This document shows positions 36,440 to 48,828 of a stretch of 64,000 nt of DNA, piece after piece (within the stretch, counting starts at the first letter, position 1; every line of letters begins with the position of its first letter). The notes under the pieces are model-generated. The model was not told where the DNA came from and ran no database searches. It saw only the letters and a list, made by a program, of their open reading frames with translations. A program made the position numbers and the translations under genes. Location of the stretch: positions 2,604,001-2,668,000 of the forward strand of contig NC_043023.1 of assembly GCF_006345805.1 (NCBI RefSeq), in the 5' to 3' direction. Source of the stretch: Octopus sinensis. Lineage: Eukaryota.

Positions 36440-37700
36440 CTCATGTGAAGTCCCAAAACTTCCATGAAAATTAAAAGAAAAGTCTTTGAGAATATCCTGC
36501 CAGTGATGATTTACGACAATAAAACCATTGGCTCTCAACACGACCATCATAAATGCTTTGATTGTAGTCCAGTGGAAAATGAAACGAATCATGCTTGGCT
36601 TCATATTGTGGGACAGAAACACCAGCACCAGGATTCCACAGCACATGAGAGTCAACAACATCATAAGGAACAAAGGAGAACAAATATAGATGGAGTGGCC
36701 ACATTGTGTGACAGGAGGGCAATCAGGTTGATAGAATGGGCAACAAGAAAATGGACAAGATAAAAAGGCTGACCAAGACATGATGGTGAGGTTATCTCAT
36801 TCGTTATCTGGGGCCTACTTGACCATGACTGGCCAGAGAATACTTTCAATGTAGCCCAATAAAAAATGGAACAATTTATGTTTGGCATCACATTGTGGAA
36901 CAAGAAGACCAATACCTGGATTCAATAGCAGACGAGAGTTGACCACATAGAACCATGAAGGAGAACAAATATAGAAGGGCTGACCATGTCACATGACTCA
37001 AGGACAAGAGATGGACAATTAGAGAGATGGAATGGACAGCAAGACAATGGACAGGATAAAGAGGCTGACCATAGACATAATGGCAAGATGGTCTCATCCA
37101 CAACCTGACCAGAGAATGCCCTCATTGTAGCCCAGAAAATGAAACAATTTATGCTTGGCATCATATTATGGAACAAGAAAACCAAATGCCTGGATTCAAC
37201 AGCAGATGAGAGTCATCAACATCATAAGGACCATCAGGGAGAACAAATATAGATGGGGTGGCCACATTGTGTGACAGAAGGGCAATCAGGTTGATAGAAT
37301 GGACACCAAGAAAATGGACAAGATAAAGATGCTGACCAAGAAATGATGGTGAGATGATCTCATTCGTTATCTGGAGCCTACTTGACCATGACTGGCCAGA
37401 GAATACTTTCAATGTAGCCCTATAAAAAATGGAACAATTTATGCTTGGCATCATATTATGGAACAAGAAAACCAAATGCCTGGATTCCCCAGCACATGAG
37501 AGTCAACAACATCATAAGAACCATGAAGAAGAACAAATATTGATGGGGTGGTCATCCTGCATGACTGAAGTACAAGAGATGGACAAACAGGGTGACAGAA
37601 TGGACACCAAGACAATAGACAAGATCAAGAGATCGACCAAAGACATGATGGTGAGATGATCTCACCCACAACCTGGGGCCCTGATGGCTGTGGCCAGACA
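36440..37700 (+). pseudogene. RTE-clade RT C-terminal relic in four tandem ~273-290-bp degenerate units
   Basis: KVFENILPVMIY...; AQ*KMEQFMFGITLWNKKTNTWIQ*QTRV; atg(c/t)ttgg at 36591, 36878, 37151 and 37441. Confidence 0.7.
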
Positions 37701-38029
37701 GAGACAGACAGTGATAGAAGGAGTCCTGGAAAAAGGTCTTCCTCCAGGAGTGATAAAGTCCTGGATGAGGAAAAGCATAAGCCAAAAGTATTGGCAGTAG
37801 GTCTGGTGGTAGTTATGATGGTGGTTGTGGCATTAACGATGGTGGTGGTGGGGCTATGGTTGCAATAGCAGTGGCGATGGTGGTAGTTGTGGCACTGGGC
37901 AAGACAGAGACACTTTGAAGCTGGATGTTTGCTCATAGATTTTGTACTATCTTTAAGAACAACCAATCAAGACAAACCAACCAATCAACCAACCAACAAG
38001 CCAAACATTTGCATATATATTTATATATA

Positions 38030-38160
38030 TATATTTCTGTAGAAGAGCGTAGCCTCAAAACGTAAAAGACATTTTCTATTCCTGAGTGTTATATTAATAC
38101 ATCTGTTTGTTTTGTACACCACCTGTCTTTGTCTTTTGTTTTTTTCGTGAACTCTCCCTA
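38030..38160 (+). mobile_element. Penelope-like pseudo-LTR remnant with a decayed hammerhead
   Basis: ctgtagaagagcgtagcctcaaaacgtaaaagac, same family as 5740-6075. Confidence 0.6.
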
Positions 38161-38164
38161 TATG

Positions 38165-38205
<41 letters not shown>

Positions 38206-38339
38206 ATATATATGTATATCTATGTAATATGTGTGTGTGTATATATATATGTATATCTATGTAATATGTGTATATATATATATATGTATGTATGTGTATA
38301 TATATATATAATGTATGTATGTATATATATAATATATAT

Positions 38340-38737
38340 TTCTTTTTTCTGTTACTCTTTTACTTGTTTCAGTCATTTGAATGTGGCCATGCTGGAGCAC
38401 CACCTTTAGTCAAACAAATCAACACCAGTACTCATTCTTTGTAAGCCTAGTACTTATTCTATCAGTCTCTTTTTGTTGAACTGCCAAGTGATGGGGACAT
38501 AAACACACCAACATCGATTGTCAAGCGATGGTGGGAGAACAAACACAGACAAACAAACATATATTTATATACGACAGGCTTCTTTCAGTTTCCATCTACC
38601 AAATCCACTAACAAGGCTTTGGTTGGCCCGATGCTATAGTAGAAGACACTTGCCCAAGGTGCCCTGCAGTGGGACTGAAACCGGAACTATGTGGTTGGTA
38701 AGCAAGCTACTTACCACACAGCCACTCCTACGCCTAT
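38340..38737 (-). mobile_element. SINE family A copy
   Basis: Full tail-to-head match. Confidence 0.8.
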
Positions 38738-39017
38738 ATATAAAGAAACATTGGTTATAGAGCAAACATTAAATTTGAGTTAACGAATTTATATATAACA
38801 CCATACCTCAAACATTTAATGATATATAAATATCACCATGGTTTTTAAATGCATAAAATATACACATATACATAAAGACACAGAAAGAAAAAATATATAT
38901 GCAAATAAAATAGAAATAGGATGGCCTATCAAAAAAGGTAAATATAAACGACAAAAAATTCATAAAAATTCTAAAGTGTACCAAACTACCAAAACACTAA
39001 TAAAGATGAAATAGAAT

Positions 39018-39213
39018 ATAGGTGTAGGAGTGGCTGTGTGGTAAGTAGCTTGCTTACCAACCACATAATTCTGGGTTACATCCCACTGCGTAGCACCTTG
39101 AGCAAATGTCTTCTACTATAGCCTCAGGCCGACCAAAGCCTTGTGAGTGGATTTGGTAGACAGAAACTGAAAGAAGCCCATCATATATGTGTATGAATGT
39201 ATATATATGTATG

Positions 39214-39248
<35 letters not shown>

Positions 39249-39475
39249 GTGTGTGTGTGTTTGTGTGTCTGTGTTTGTCCCCTCAACATCACTTGACAAC
39301 CGGTGCTGGTGTTTTTATGTCTCTGTAACTAAGCGGTTTGGCAAAAGAGACCGATAGAATAAGTAGTAGGCTTACAAAGAATAAGTCCTGGGGTTGATTT
39401 GCTCGACTAAAAGGCAGTGCTCCAGCATGGCCACAGTCAAATGACTGAAACAAGTAAAAGAGAGTGAAAGAGTAT
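39018..39475 (+). mobile_element. SINE family A copy
   Basis: Full head-to-tail match. Confidence 0.8.
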
Positions 39476-40014
39476 AAAGCTACTAAAGAAGTTTTATCAA
39501 GCGATTAAAATTATTTTAGAAAAATTTTTTTTACTCCCCTCACACAAAGTATGTTCAAAGGTACGGTGTTGTATATAAGACAGTAGGTTGTGATTTAAGG
39601 GAAATGTAGCTGCTATTTCTAACAGATCTAGTTAACTTTTGTGATGGTAGCTATGGTGGTGGTTTTATGATGTTGAGTTTCCAATCAGTCTTGATCAGTC
39701 ATTAGTCTGCAGCCATGATGGAGCACCAACTTGAAGGATTTTTTAAAGCCTGGTGTTCATTCTATTGCTCTCTTTTGCTGAACTGCTGGATTATAGGGAT
39801 GTAAACACACCAACACCATTTGTCATGTGGGGAGCAACACCATGCTTCTTTCAGTTTCCATCTACCAAATCCATTCACACGACATTGGTCAGTCCGAGGC
39901 TATGGTAGAAGGAACTTGCCCAAGACGTCATGCAGTGGGACTGAACCTGGAACCATATGGTTGGGAAGCAAGCTTCTTACCACACAGTAGATTTCCACAC
40001 ATTAGTCAATTAGG

Positions 40015-40264
40015 TGTTATACTCTTTACCCTTTACTCTTTTACTCTTTTACTTGTTTCAGTCAGTTGACTGTGGCCATGCTGGAGCATCGCCTTTAGTC
40101 GAGCAACTCGACCCCGGGACTTATTCTTTTGTAAGCCCAGTACTTATTCTATCAGTCTCTTTTGCCGAACCGCTAAGTGACGGGGACGTAAACACACCAG
40201 CATCGGTTGTCAAGCAATGCTAGGGGGACAAACATACACACACACACACACCACACACACACAC

Positions 40265-40296
<32 letters not shown>

Positions 40297-40497
40297 ATAT
40301 ATATATATATAGATATATATATATACATATACATATATACGACAGGCTTCTTTCAGTTTCCGTCTACCAAATCCACTTACAAGGCATTGGTCAGCCCGGG
40401 GCTATACCAGAAGACACTTGCCCAAGGTGCCACGCAGTGGGACTGAACCTGGAACCATGTGGTTGGTAAGCAAGCTATTTACCACACAGCCACTCCC
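40015..40497 (-). mobile_element. SINE family A copy
   Basis: Full match with internal CA/TA tract. Confidence 0.8.
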
Positions 40498-41144
40498 AAA
40501 AAAACTTGTCCAAGGTTCTGCTCTCTGGAATTGAACCCAACACCACGAAGTTACAAAGCAAGCGTCTTAACCACACAACCAAACCTGGATATGTAAACAA
40601 TTCTTCCTTTTTATTTAAAGTTGGGCTTGGTTTGAAAGACATTTAACTGGTATTTCTAGCATATTAAACGACCACATAAATGCTCGCACTGTAAATTGAT
40701 GTTGTTATTGTTGTCGTTGTTATAACCAAGTAAAACATGAACATCTATAAAGATGAAAATAATATAAAAATCTATAAAATATGTAAAAAAAAAAAAAACC
40801 CAGAAAAATTCGCTATTCTAAATCTTAAAAGCTCCCTCAAAAACACGTTAATTTAAAAGACATATGCTAATGTGTAAATTTGCATCTCCATCAAACCAAC
40901 CAACACTAATGCTGTTTAAGAAAAAAAAAAAAATGGTATAAAATTAAATAAAAAAAAATGGATGTAAAGCATGGAATTTTTTCTTTTTTTTCTCTTGTTT
41001 TTGTTGGATTTTTTTTTTTTGGTGGGGGGGGAAGTTGGGGGGAATAGTAAGAACAACAACAACAGCAATAAAAAAATATAATGGAGCAACAATTTTTAAG
41101 AATTATTCGATGAAGAAGAGAAAGGGAAATAAAAAAAAACAACT

Positions 41145-41156
41145 TAGATGATAATA

Positions 41157-41188
<32 letters not shown>

Positions 41189-41798
41189 AATCATAATAAT
41201 GACAATGTTGGTGATAATGTTGATGAGGAGGTGGAGGAGAAGGATGGTGATATATAGGATAATGAAAATACTACTACTACTACTACTACTACTAATGATA
41301 ATAATAATAATAATAAAAATAATAATAATGACAACGGGAATTATTAATGAAGCAGGATATATATCATTTTTCAATACTTTATTATATGCGCATATATATA
41401 TATATATAAATGTGTGTATATATATGTATATATGAGCATTCATGTATATTTATATGTACATATATATGCATGTATGTGTGTACATGTATATGTATTTATA
41501 TATATATATAATATATATATATATGTATGGGAATGTGTGTGTGTATATATACATATATATACGTGTATATGTGAATGTGTGTATGTATATATATATGCGT
41601 ATATATGTATGTATATATATATATAATATCAATATTCGTGTATATTTATATGTACATATATACTATATATATATTATATATATATATACGTGCATATGTG
41701 AATGTGTGTATATATATATATATATGTATATGCGTATATATGTATGTGTACATATATATGTATATATATATATATTCACACACATGTATGAGCATAGA

Positions 41799-41830
<32 letters not shown>

Positions 41831-41835
41831 CAGAC
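41145..41835. repeat. (GAT/AAT/CTA)n followed by TA/TG microsatellites
   Basis: Direct reading. Confidence 0.9.
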
Positions 41836-42207
41836 ATACGCATGCTGTTAATGTTTCGTGAAAAATGGAAATAATTTTCTGTGACCAAACAAAATCCGTC
41901 ATATTTTTGAAAGGAAGAATTCAGGTTTGCGAAAATAATGTTTTGCCAAACCCTCGCAGGCTTAAAAATGAAATATTACCGTTCTATGAAAATATCGGTT
42001 CTTGTGCTTCTCATTAATGCCAATGCAAGCAGTTGTTCTGTTGTTAAGTAAGCTGTGGGGTTTTAGGGGTTGTTTTTTCTTATTTGCAGCCACGTGATTT
42101 CGGGTTTGGTCCTATTAAAACGTGATGCCAACTTTGGCAAACATGTGTGTTCTTCTTTGTCTTGTTCATAGCATCCCTCGTGTTGACTTATTTGGTTTTA
42201 AGTGGAA

Positions 42208-42317
42208 TTTATCAGAGTATACAGTATTATAGACACATTGCAGCTGATCTTGCCGGTTGGTTTCACACAGGATATTAAATAACCAGAAGATCATCTCAGA
42301 ACCACACACGTCAGAGC
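42208..42317 (+). repeat. Left arm of a 110-bp long-range inverted repeat
   Basis: Reverse complement of 45969-46078 with 2 mismatches. Confidence 0.9.
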
Positions 42318-42991
42318 AGGAAGGGATGGTGCAGAGAGAGCGGATTATCATATACACATACAGGCATGACTATGTATGTGTCTCTGGAGTACTCAGCCAC
42401 TTGTCACATTCTATATCATGCTACATCTCCCTGAAAATTACTTTAAGGGTATGCATGTCTGAGGAACACTCAGCCACTTGTCACGCTGTGATGTAATGCT
42501 CAGGGAGATTCAGCATGATACAGAATGCGACAAGAACCTTGCTTCCCAACCACATGGTTCCAGTTTCAGTCCCACTGCATGGCACCTTGGGCAAGTGTCT
42601 TCTACTGTAGCCTCAGGCTTACCAAAGCCTTGTGAGTGGATTTGGTAGTTGGAAACTGAAAGAATCCCATCGTATATGTGTGTGTGTGTCGGTATGTTTG
42701 TGTGTGTATTTGTATTGTTGTGTGTGTATATGTATGTATATGTGTGTGTTAGTGTGTGTTTGTGTCTCTTTGCCTTGTCATTGCATGAAAGACATAAAAT
42801 GATTGTTACCATCATGTAAGCAGTGCCATTTATTTTATATATTATGGATTACAACCGGAGGAATTAGGAGGCCAGGAATTGGGGCTAATGAAGTTGCAGA
42901 AATTCCCTAACATGAATTACTGAATCTTTCTGGGGGTATCATAAGGAGCCAAATCCTGCTGCCACTCATGTGGCCTTCCAGCAGCAACCCT

Positions 42992-43592
42992 GTTCCTTCT
43001 CGAGCCACACCTAGCTCATAAGGGCCAGTTTCCCGGTTACCTTGACGTATATGTTCCCCACCTGGACGGGATGCCGGTCCATCGCAGGTGAGCTGCAAGA
43101 TGCAGGAGGAAAGAGTGAGAGAAATTTGTGGCGAAAGAAGTCAGCAGAAGTTTGCCATTACCATTTGCTGGATCAATGTGGACCTTAGGTGTTTCACTCA
43201 TAAATACAAATATCGCCTGGTCTGAGATTCCAACCCACAATCCCTCGGCCACGAATCCACTGCTCTAACCACTAGGCCATGTGCCTCCACAAATATTCCT
43301 TCTCGAACCATGCCTGGCTCATAAGGGCCAGTTACCCGGATACCTTGGCATATAGGTTCCCCACCTGGACGGGATGCTGGTCCGTCACAGGTGAGCTGCA
43401 AGATGCAGGAGGAAAGAGTGAGAGAAAGTTGTGGTGAAAGAGTCAGCAGAAGTTCGCCATTACCTTCTGCTGGAGCTGCGTGGAGCTTAGGTGTTTCGCT
43501 CATAAACACACACATCGCCCGGTTTGAGATTTGAACCCACGATCCCTTGACCGTGAGTCTGCCGCTCTAACCACTAGGCCATGTGCCTCCAC
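42992..43592 (-). mobile_element. Head-to-tail dimer of a tRNA-derived SINE flanked by a target-site duplication
   Basis: Heads gtggaggcacatggcctagtggttagagc at 43290 and 43592; agcagcaaccct at 42980-42991 and 43593-43604. Confidence 0.8.
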
Positions 43593-44054
43593 AGCAGCAA
43601 CCCTCTCCAGCCACAGCTTAACAACAGTCTCCGGCAGCTTCATGTGGCTGTATGAAATGAGCTTAGGGCTCTGTTCAAAATTGTAGGGCCGTATGATGTC
43701 AGCCTCACTGGAGAGCCCCCCCCCCCCCAAAGACCACCATCACTGTTTAGGGGAACTTGGCTCTCATGGTGTCTACATTATGTCTTATATGCCTTACAGT
43801 GTCCACAGAGTATTGAGTAGCAGTCATGATGTCAGCACTTTGGTACCCAGCATGAAGCACCTTGATACAGCCAACTCCTTTCCAATATTATAAAGGCTCC
43901 CAGTCTGTTATGTCACTTTGCTTTTTCTCAACTATGATCTTAATCTTTATGCTCTCCAACACCATTGACAGTTCACCAATACTTCAAACTATTCCTGGAA
44001 AAGAAAGCATAAAAATCGTCAAATTTAGCCTGAACTCCCTGTGTGTGTGTGTTT

Positions 44055-44340
44055 GTGTGTGGTCCGATCAATAATATCTGGATTGCCGCCATGGTAATGA
44101 GCCTAAAGCACGCAGAGTGAAGCTGCTTGGCACAGATTCACCTTGAACTCTGCTGTGCTTGTGCACTAAGTTTTAACATTCTAGCTCACTTCTACTGTTC
44201 ACAGCAGTGCTTGGATGGAAGGTGTGTAGCGTGTGATCATCACATTGACCATGACAGAAGAAGTTGAGCAAAGAATTTGCATCAAATTTTGTCAAAAGTT
44301 TGATGATACCTGCTCAGAGGCCTACACAAAGGTTTCAAAA
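44055..44340 (+). mobile_element. Mariner 5' fragment (degenerate TIR plus transposase start)
   Basis: MTEEVEQRICIKFCQKFDDTCSEAYTK from ~44251. Confidence 0.7.
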
Positions 44341-44528
44341 GGTTTTCATCATTCTCAGCACAACTAAAGAGATCTTGTACAACTGAAACCCGAGTGTCTT
44401 TTCGATCAGCTGGAAACAGTTTTGGCACAAACTTGGCAGACATGTGTCTCATACCCAAATCTTCAGTAATAATGGACTGACCTGAACTATAACTAATCTG
44501 TACATCCTTTGATAACTCATAATTGGTG
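44341..44528 (-). pseudogene. Mariner transposase middle fragment, inverted
   Basis: ELSKDVQISYSSGQSIITEDLGMRHMSAKFVPKLF...DTRVSVVQDL. Confidence 0.75.
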
Positions 44529-44633
44529 TAAAAAGCGCTCAGGTGTTCAGTCTACTTTGCCGGATGGTTGATATTAGGAAGGACATCCAGCCATAAAATA
44601 CCCTGCCAAAACAGACACAGTTGCCTGGAGTAG

Positions 44634-45722
44634 TCTTCTACCTGGCTGGCTCCTTCTGCCCGGCTGGCTCTTTCTGCCTGACTGGCTCCTTCTACCCGGC
44701 TGGCTCCTTCCACCTGGCTGGCTCCTTCTACCCGGCTGGCTCCTTCTACCCGCCGGCTCCTTCCACCAGCCGGCTCCTTCTACCCGGCTGGCTCCTTCTA
44801 CCGGCTGGCTCCTTCTACCCGGCTGGCTCCTTCTACCCGGCTGGCTCCTTCCACCTGGCTGGCTCCTTCTACCCGGCTGGCTCCTTCTACCCGGCTGGCT
44901 CCTTCTACCCGGCTGGCTCCTTCTACCCGGCTGGCTCCTTCTACCCGGCTGGCTCCTTCTACCCGGCTGGCTCCTTCCACCCAGATGGCTCCTTCCACCT
45001 GGCTGGCTCCTTCCACCCTGCCGGCTCCTTCCACCCGGCCAGCTCCTTCTACTCGGTCGGCTCCTTCCACCCGGCCGGATCCTTCCACCCAGCCGGCTCT
45101 TTCCACCCGGCCGGTTCCTTCCACCTGGCTGGCTCCTTCCACCCGGCCGGCTCCTTCCACCTGGCCGGCTCCTTCCACCCAGCCGGCTCCTTCCACCCAG
45201 CCAGCTCCTTCTACTCGGTCGGCTCCTTCCACCCAGCCGGCTCCTTCCACCCGGCTGGCACCTTCCACCTGGCCGGCTCCTTCCACCTGGCCGGTTCCTT
45301 CCACCCGGCCGGCTCCTTCTACCTGGCTGGCTCCTTCTACCCGGCTGGCTCCTTCTACCCGGCTGGCTCCTTCCACCCGGCTGGCTCCTTCTACTCGGTC
45401 GGCTCCTTCCACCTGGCCGGCTCCTTCCACCCAGCCGGCTCCTTCCACCCGGCCAGCTCCTTCTACTCGGTCGGCTCCTTCCACCCGGCCAGCTCCTTCC
45501 ACCTGGCCAGCTCCTTCTACTCGGTCGGCTCCTTCTACCCGGCCGGCTCCTTCCACCCAGCCGGCTCTTTCCACCCGGCCGGCTCCTTCCACCCGGCCGG
45601 CTCCTTCCACCCGGCCGGCTCCGTCCACCCGGCCGGCTTCTTCCACCCAGCCGGCTCCTTCTACCCGGCTGGCTCCTTCCATCCGGCTGGCTCCTTCCAC
45701 CTGGCTGGCTCCTTCTACCTGT
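44634..45722. repeat. 18-bp GC-rich minisatellite, ~60 copies
   Basis: Unit ccggctggctccttc(t/c)ac; stop-free in several frames. Confidence 0.95.
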
Positions 45723-45968
45723 CCTACCCATGCATGCATGGAAGTCAGATATTAAATGATGATGAACTGGAGTGACATGGAGTAAACAGTCTTGCTCAAG
45801 GACACAACATGTACCTGGGAATCGAACTCACATCCTTATGACTATGCACTGAATACCCCAACCACTAAGTCATGCAGCTGATGATTTACTAATTAATTAA
45901 TTAAGTCAGTAATTATTTGACCAATCATTTGATAATCAGAACAAAGAGCACTTCTTACCATAACAACC

Positions 45969-46078
45969 GCTCTGACGTGTGTGGTTCTGAGATGATCTTC
46001 TGGTTATTTAATATCCTGTGTGAAACCAACTGGCAAGATCAGCTGCAATGTGTCTATAATACTGTATACTTTGATAAA
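45969..46078 (-). repeat. Right arm of the 110-bp long-range inverted repeat
   Basis: See 42208-42317. Confidence 0.9.
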
Positions 46079-46159
46079 AATTTTATATATGTGTGTATAT
46101 GTGTGTGTGTGTGTTTACATTTTTTGCTTCACAAGGTAAAAGTATTGAGCTGCTAGATA

Positions 46160-46414
46160 CTCTTTTACTCTTTTACTTGTTTCAGTCATTTGACTGTGGC
46201 CATGCTGGAAGCACCGCCTTTTGTCGAGCAAATCAACCCCAGGACTTATTCTTTGTAAGCCTAGTACTTATTCTATCGGTCTCTTTTGCCGAACCGCTAA
46301 GTTATGGGGATGTAAGCACACCAGCATCGGTTGTCAAGCGATGCTGGGGGAACAAACACAGGCACATACACACAAACACACACGCACACGTACATACATA
46401 TATATACACACACT

Positions 46415-46471
<57 letters not shown>

Positions 46472-46632
46472 TATGACGGGCTTCTTTCAATTTCCGTCTA
46501 TCAAATCCACTCACAAGGCTTTGGTCGGCCCAAGGCTATAGTGGAAGACACTTGCCCAAGGTGCCACGCAGTGGGACTGAACCCGGAACCATGTGGTTCG
46601 TAAGCAAGCTACTTACCACACAGCCACTCCTA
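46160..46632 (-). mobile_element. SINE family A copy
   Basis: Full match. Confidence 0.8.
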
Positions 46633-47061
46633 CATTGATATTTATAGACATACCTTGTCAAAGAAGTCATCTGTAGCTCTGTGCTTTCAAAATCATGCAG
46701 TAAGGGTTTGTATCAGGAAGGGAGGAATCCAGTTGTAAAAGCAACACCTAAGTTATATGTATTCCTCTAACCCATGCTAACATAATGAAAATGGACGTAA
46801 AACCAACCAAATAAATTAAGAATAATTTTCCATGGTGATATTCCATATCAGCAATATTTAAAGAAAGAATTTCAGGCTTACAGAAGTGGAAGGAATTCTT
46901 TCCAGAGTTTGGAATGGTAAAAATGACATAGGATTGTTGCTTGAAATATGTTTCTTGTTAATGCCGAATTCAGAATGGTTTGGCAGGTGGAGGGGAAGGT
47001 CTTCAGAGGTGGGAAAAGATTGACATGGCTGGAAAAAAAATAAGAAGCCATCGCTTTTTCG

Positions 47062-47595
47062 TAATACTCTTTTTACTTGTTTCAGTCATTTGACTGCGGC
47101 CATGCTGGAGCACCACCTTTAGTCGAGCAAATCTACCCCAGGACTTATTCTTTGTAAGCCTAGTACTTATTGTATCAGTCTCTTTTGCCGAACCGCTAAG
47201 TGACGGGGACATAAACACACCAGCATATTTACTCTTTTACTTGTTTCAATCATTTGGCTGTGGCCATGCTGGAGCACCGCCTTTAGTCGAGCAAATTGAC
47301 CCTGGGACTTATTCTTTTGTAAGCCCAGTACTTATTCTATCGGTCTCTTTTGCCGAACCGCTAAGTGACGGGGAGGTAAACACACCAGCATCGGTTGTCA
47401 AGCAATGCTAGGGGGACAAACACAGACACACAAACATACACACACACATATATATATACATATATACTCACAAGGCTTTGGTCAGCCCAGGGCTATAGCA
47501 GAAGACACTTGCCCAAGATGCCACGCAGTGGGACTGAACCCGGAACCATGTGATTGGTTAGCAAGCTACTTACCACACGGCCACTCCTGCGCCTA
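47062..47595 (-). mobile_element. SINE family A with duplicated tail
   Basis: Tail at ~47065 and again at ~47230. Confidence 0.8.
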
Positions 47596-48086
47596 ATGCG
47601 AATAAACAACAGGTCGGTTATGATGTGGCGTTACCATAATTTAAAGAACGCTCTCCTGAGATTTCGAGATGTGATGGTGTGTCTTGGAGATACGTAGAGG
47701 TTTCTAGATGTGCAATGAAATCTATTTGAGGCTATAAACAAATGTGTTTGTTTGTTTATGTGTGTATGGATGTGTGTAGGTGAGTGTGTATGTGCAGGTA
47801 TGTGTGTGTACGGATACATGTGCCTGTGTGTATGTACGTGTATGTGTGTGCCTTGGTGCATGTGTGCTTATGTGTGGTGAGTTGTTGGAGATGAATGAAC
47901 AATGGAGAATGGTAAAGGGGAAAAAAATAGTAAAAGTAAGGAACAGAGAGAGAGAGAAAATGATAGTGTTAAGGGACGAGGGAAAGATATATATATATAT
48001 ATATATATATATACTTTATTTTAAGCAGCAGAAAATTCAACAAAATCTGTTACTCTGAGTTTCTCGTTGCCATTCATCAGCAAAAA

Positions 48087-48124
48087 CTGTCTGATGAACG
48101 GCAACGAGAAACTCAGAGTAGCAG
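48087..48124 (+). ncRNA. Putative minimal type I hammerhead ribozyme with intact core
   Basis: CTGT|CTGATGA|A-CG-GCAA-CG-A|GAA|ACTC-A-GAGT|A|GCAG; GUA triplet; antisense copy at 48047-48080. Confidence 0.6.
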
Positions 48125-48381
48125 ATTTTGTTGAATTTTCTGCTGCTTAAAATAAAGCATATTTGAGTACTCTTTTTTTCCACCTTGTTTCACATTTATG
48201 TGTTTACTCCGGTATATATATATGTATATGTCCATTTCCTTGGTTTTGTGTTTATGTTTTCGTTTCTCATTGTGTTTGAAGTTTTTTTGGTGTCCTGTAC
48301 CCATATATGCATGTATATATACATGTAGAGGTAGGTACGTACATATATGTATGTATATATATGCATATGTTTTATTTATTA

Positions 48382-48444
<63 letters not shown>

Positions 48445-48533
48445 ATATATATATATTATACTTTATTTTAAGCAGCAGAAAATTCAACAAAATCTGTTAC
48501 TCTGAGTTTCTCGTTGCCATTCATCAGCAAAAA

Positions 48534-48571
48534 CTGTCTGATGAACGGCAACGAGAAACTCAGAGTAGCAG
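48534..48571 (+). ncRNA. Duplicate of the 48087-48124 hammerhead
   Basis: Identical sequence at +447. Confidence 0.6.
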
Positions 48572-48828
48572 ATTTTGTTGAATTTTCTGCTGCTTAAAAT
48601 AAAGCATATTTGAGTACTCTTTTTTTCCACCTTGTTTCACATTTATGTGTTTACTCCGGTATATATATATGTATATGTCCATTTCCTTGGTTTTGTGTTT
48701 ATGTTTTCGTTTCTCATTGTGTTTGAAGTTTTTTTGGTGTCCTGTACCCATATATGCATGTATATATACATGTAGAGGTAGGTACGTACATATATGTATG
48801 TATATATATGCATATGTTTTATTTATTA

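Noticed and set aside
42060-42170. Possible exon after the polypyrimidine tract ttttcttatttgcag
   Set aside because: Short frames with early stops, no recognisable protein and no clear donor site.
44574-45775. Four overlapping 250-385-aa repetitive ORFs (PAGSFH, GGRSRP, VEGAGR, PAPSTR)
   Set aside because: This is a consequence of a stop-free 18-bp unit, and the array lies inside a retroposon tail.
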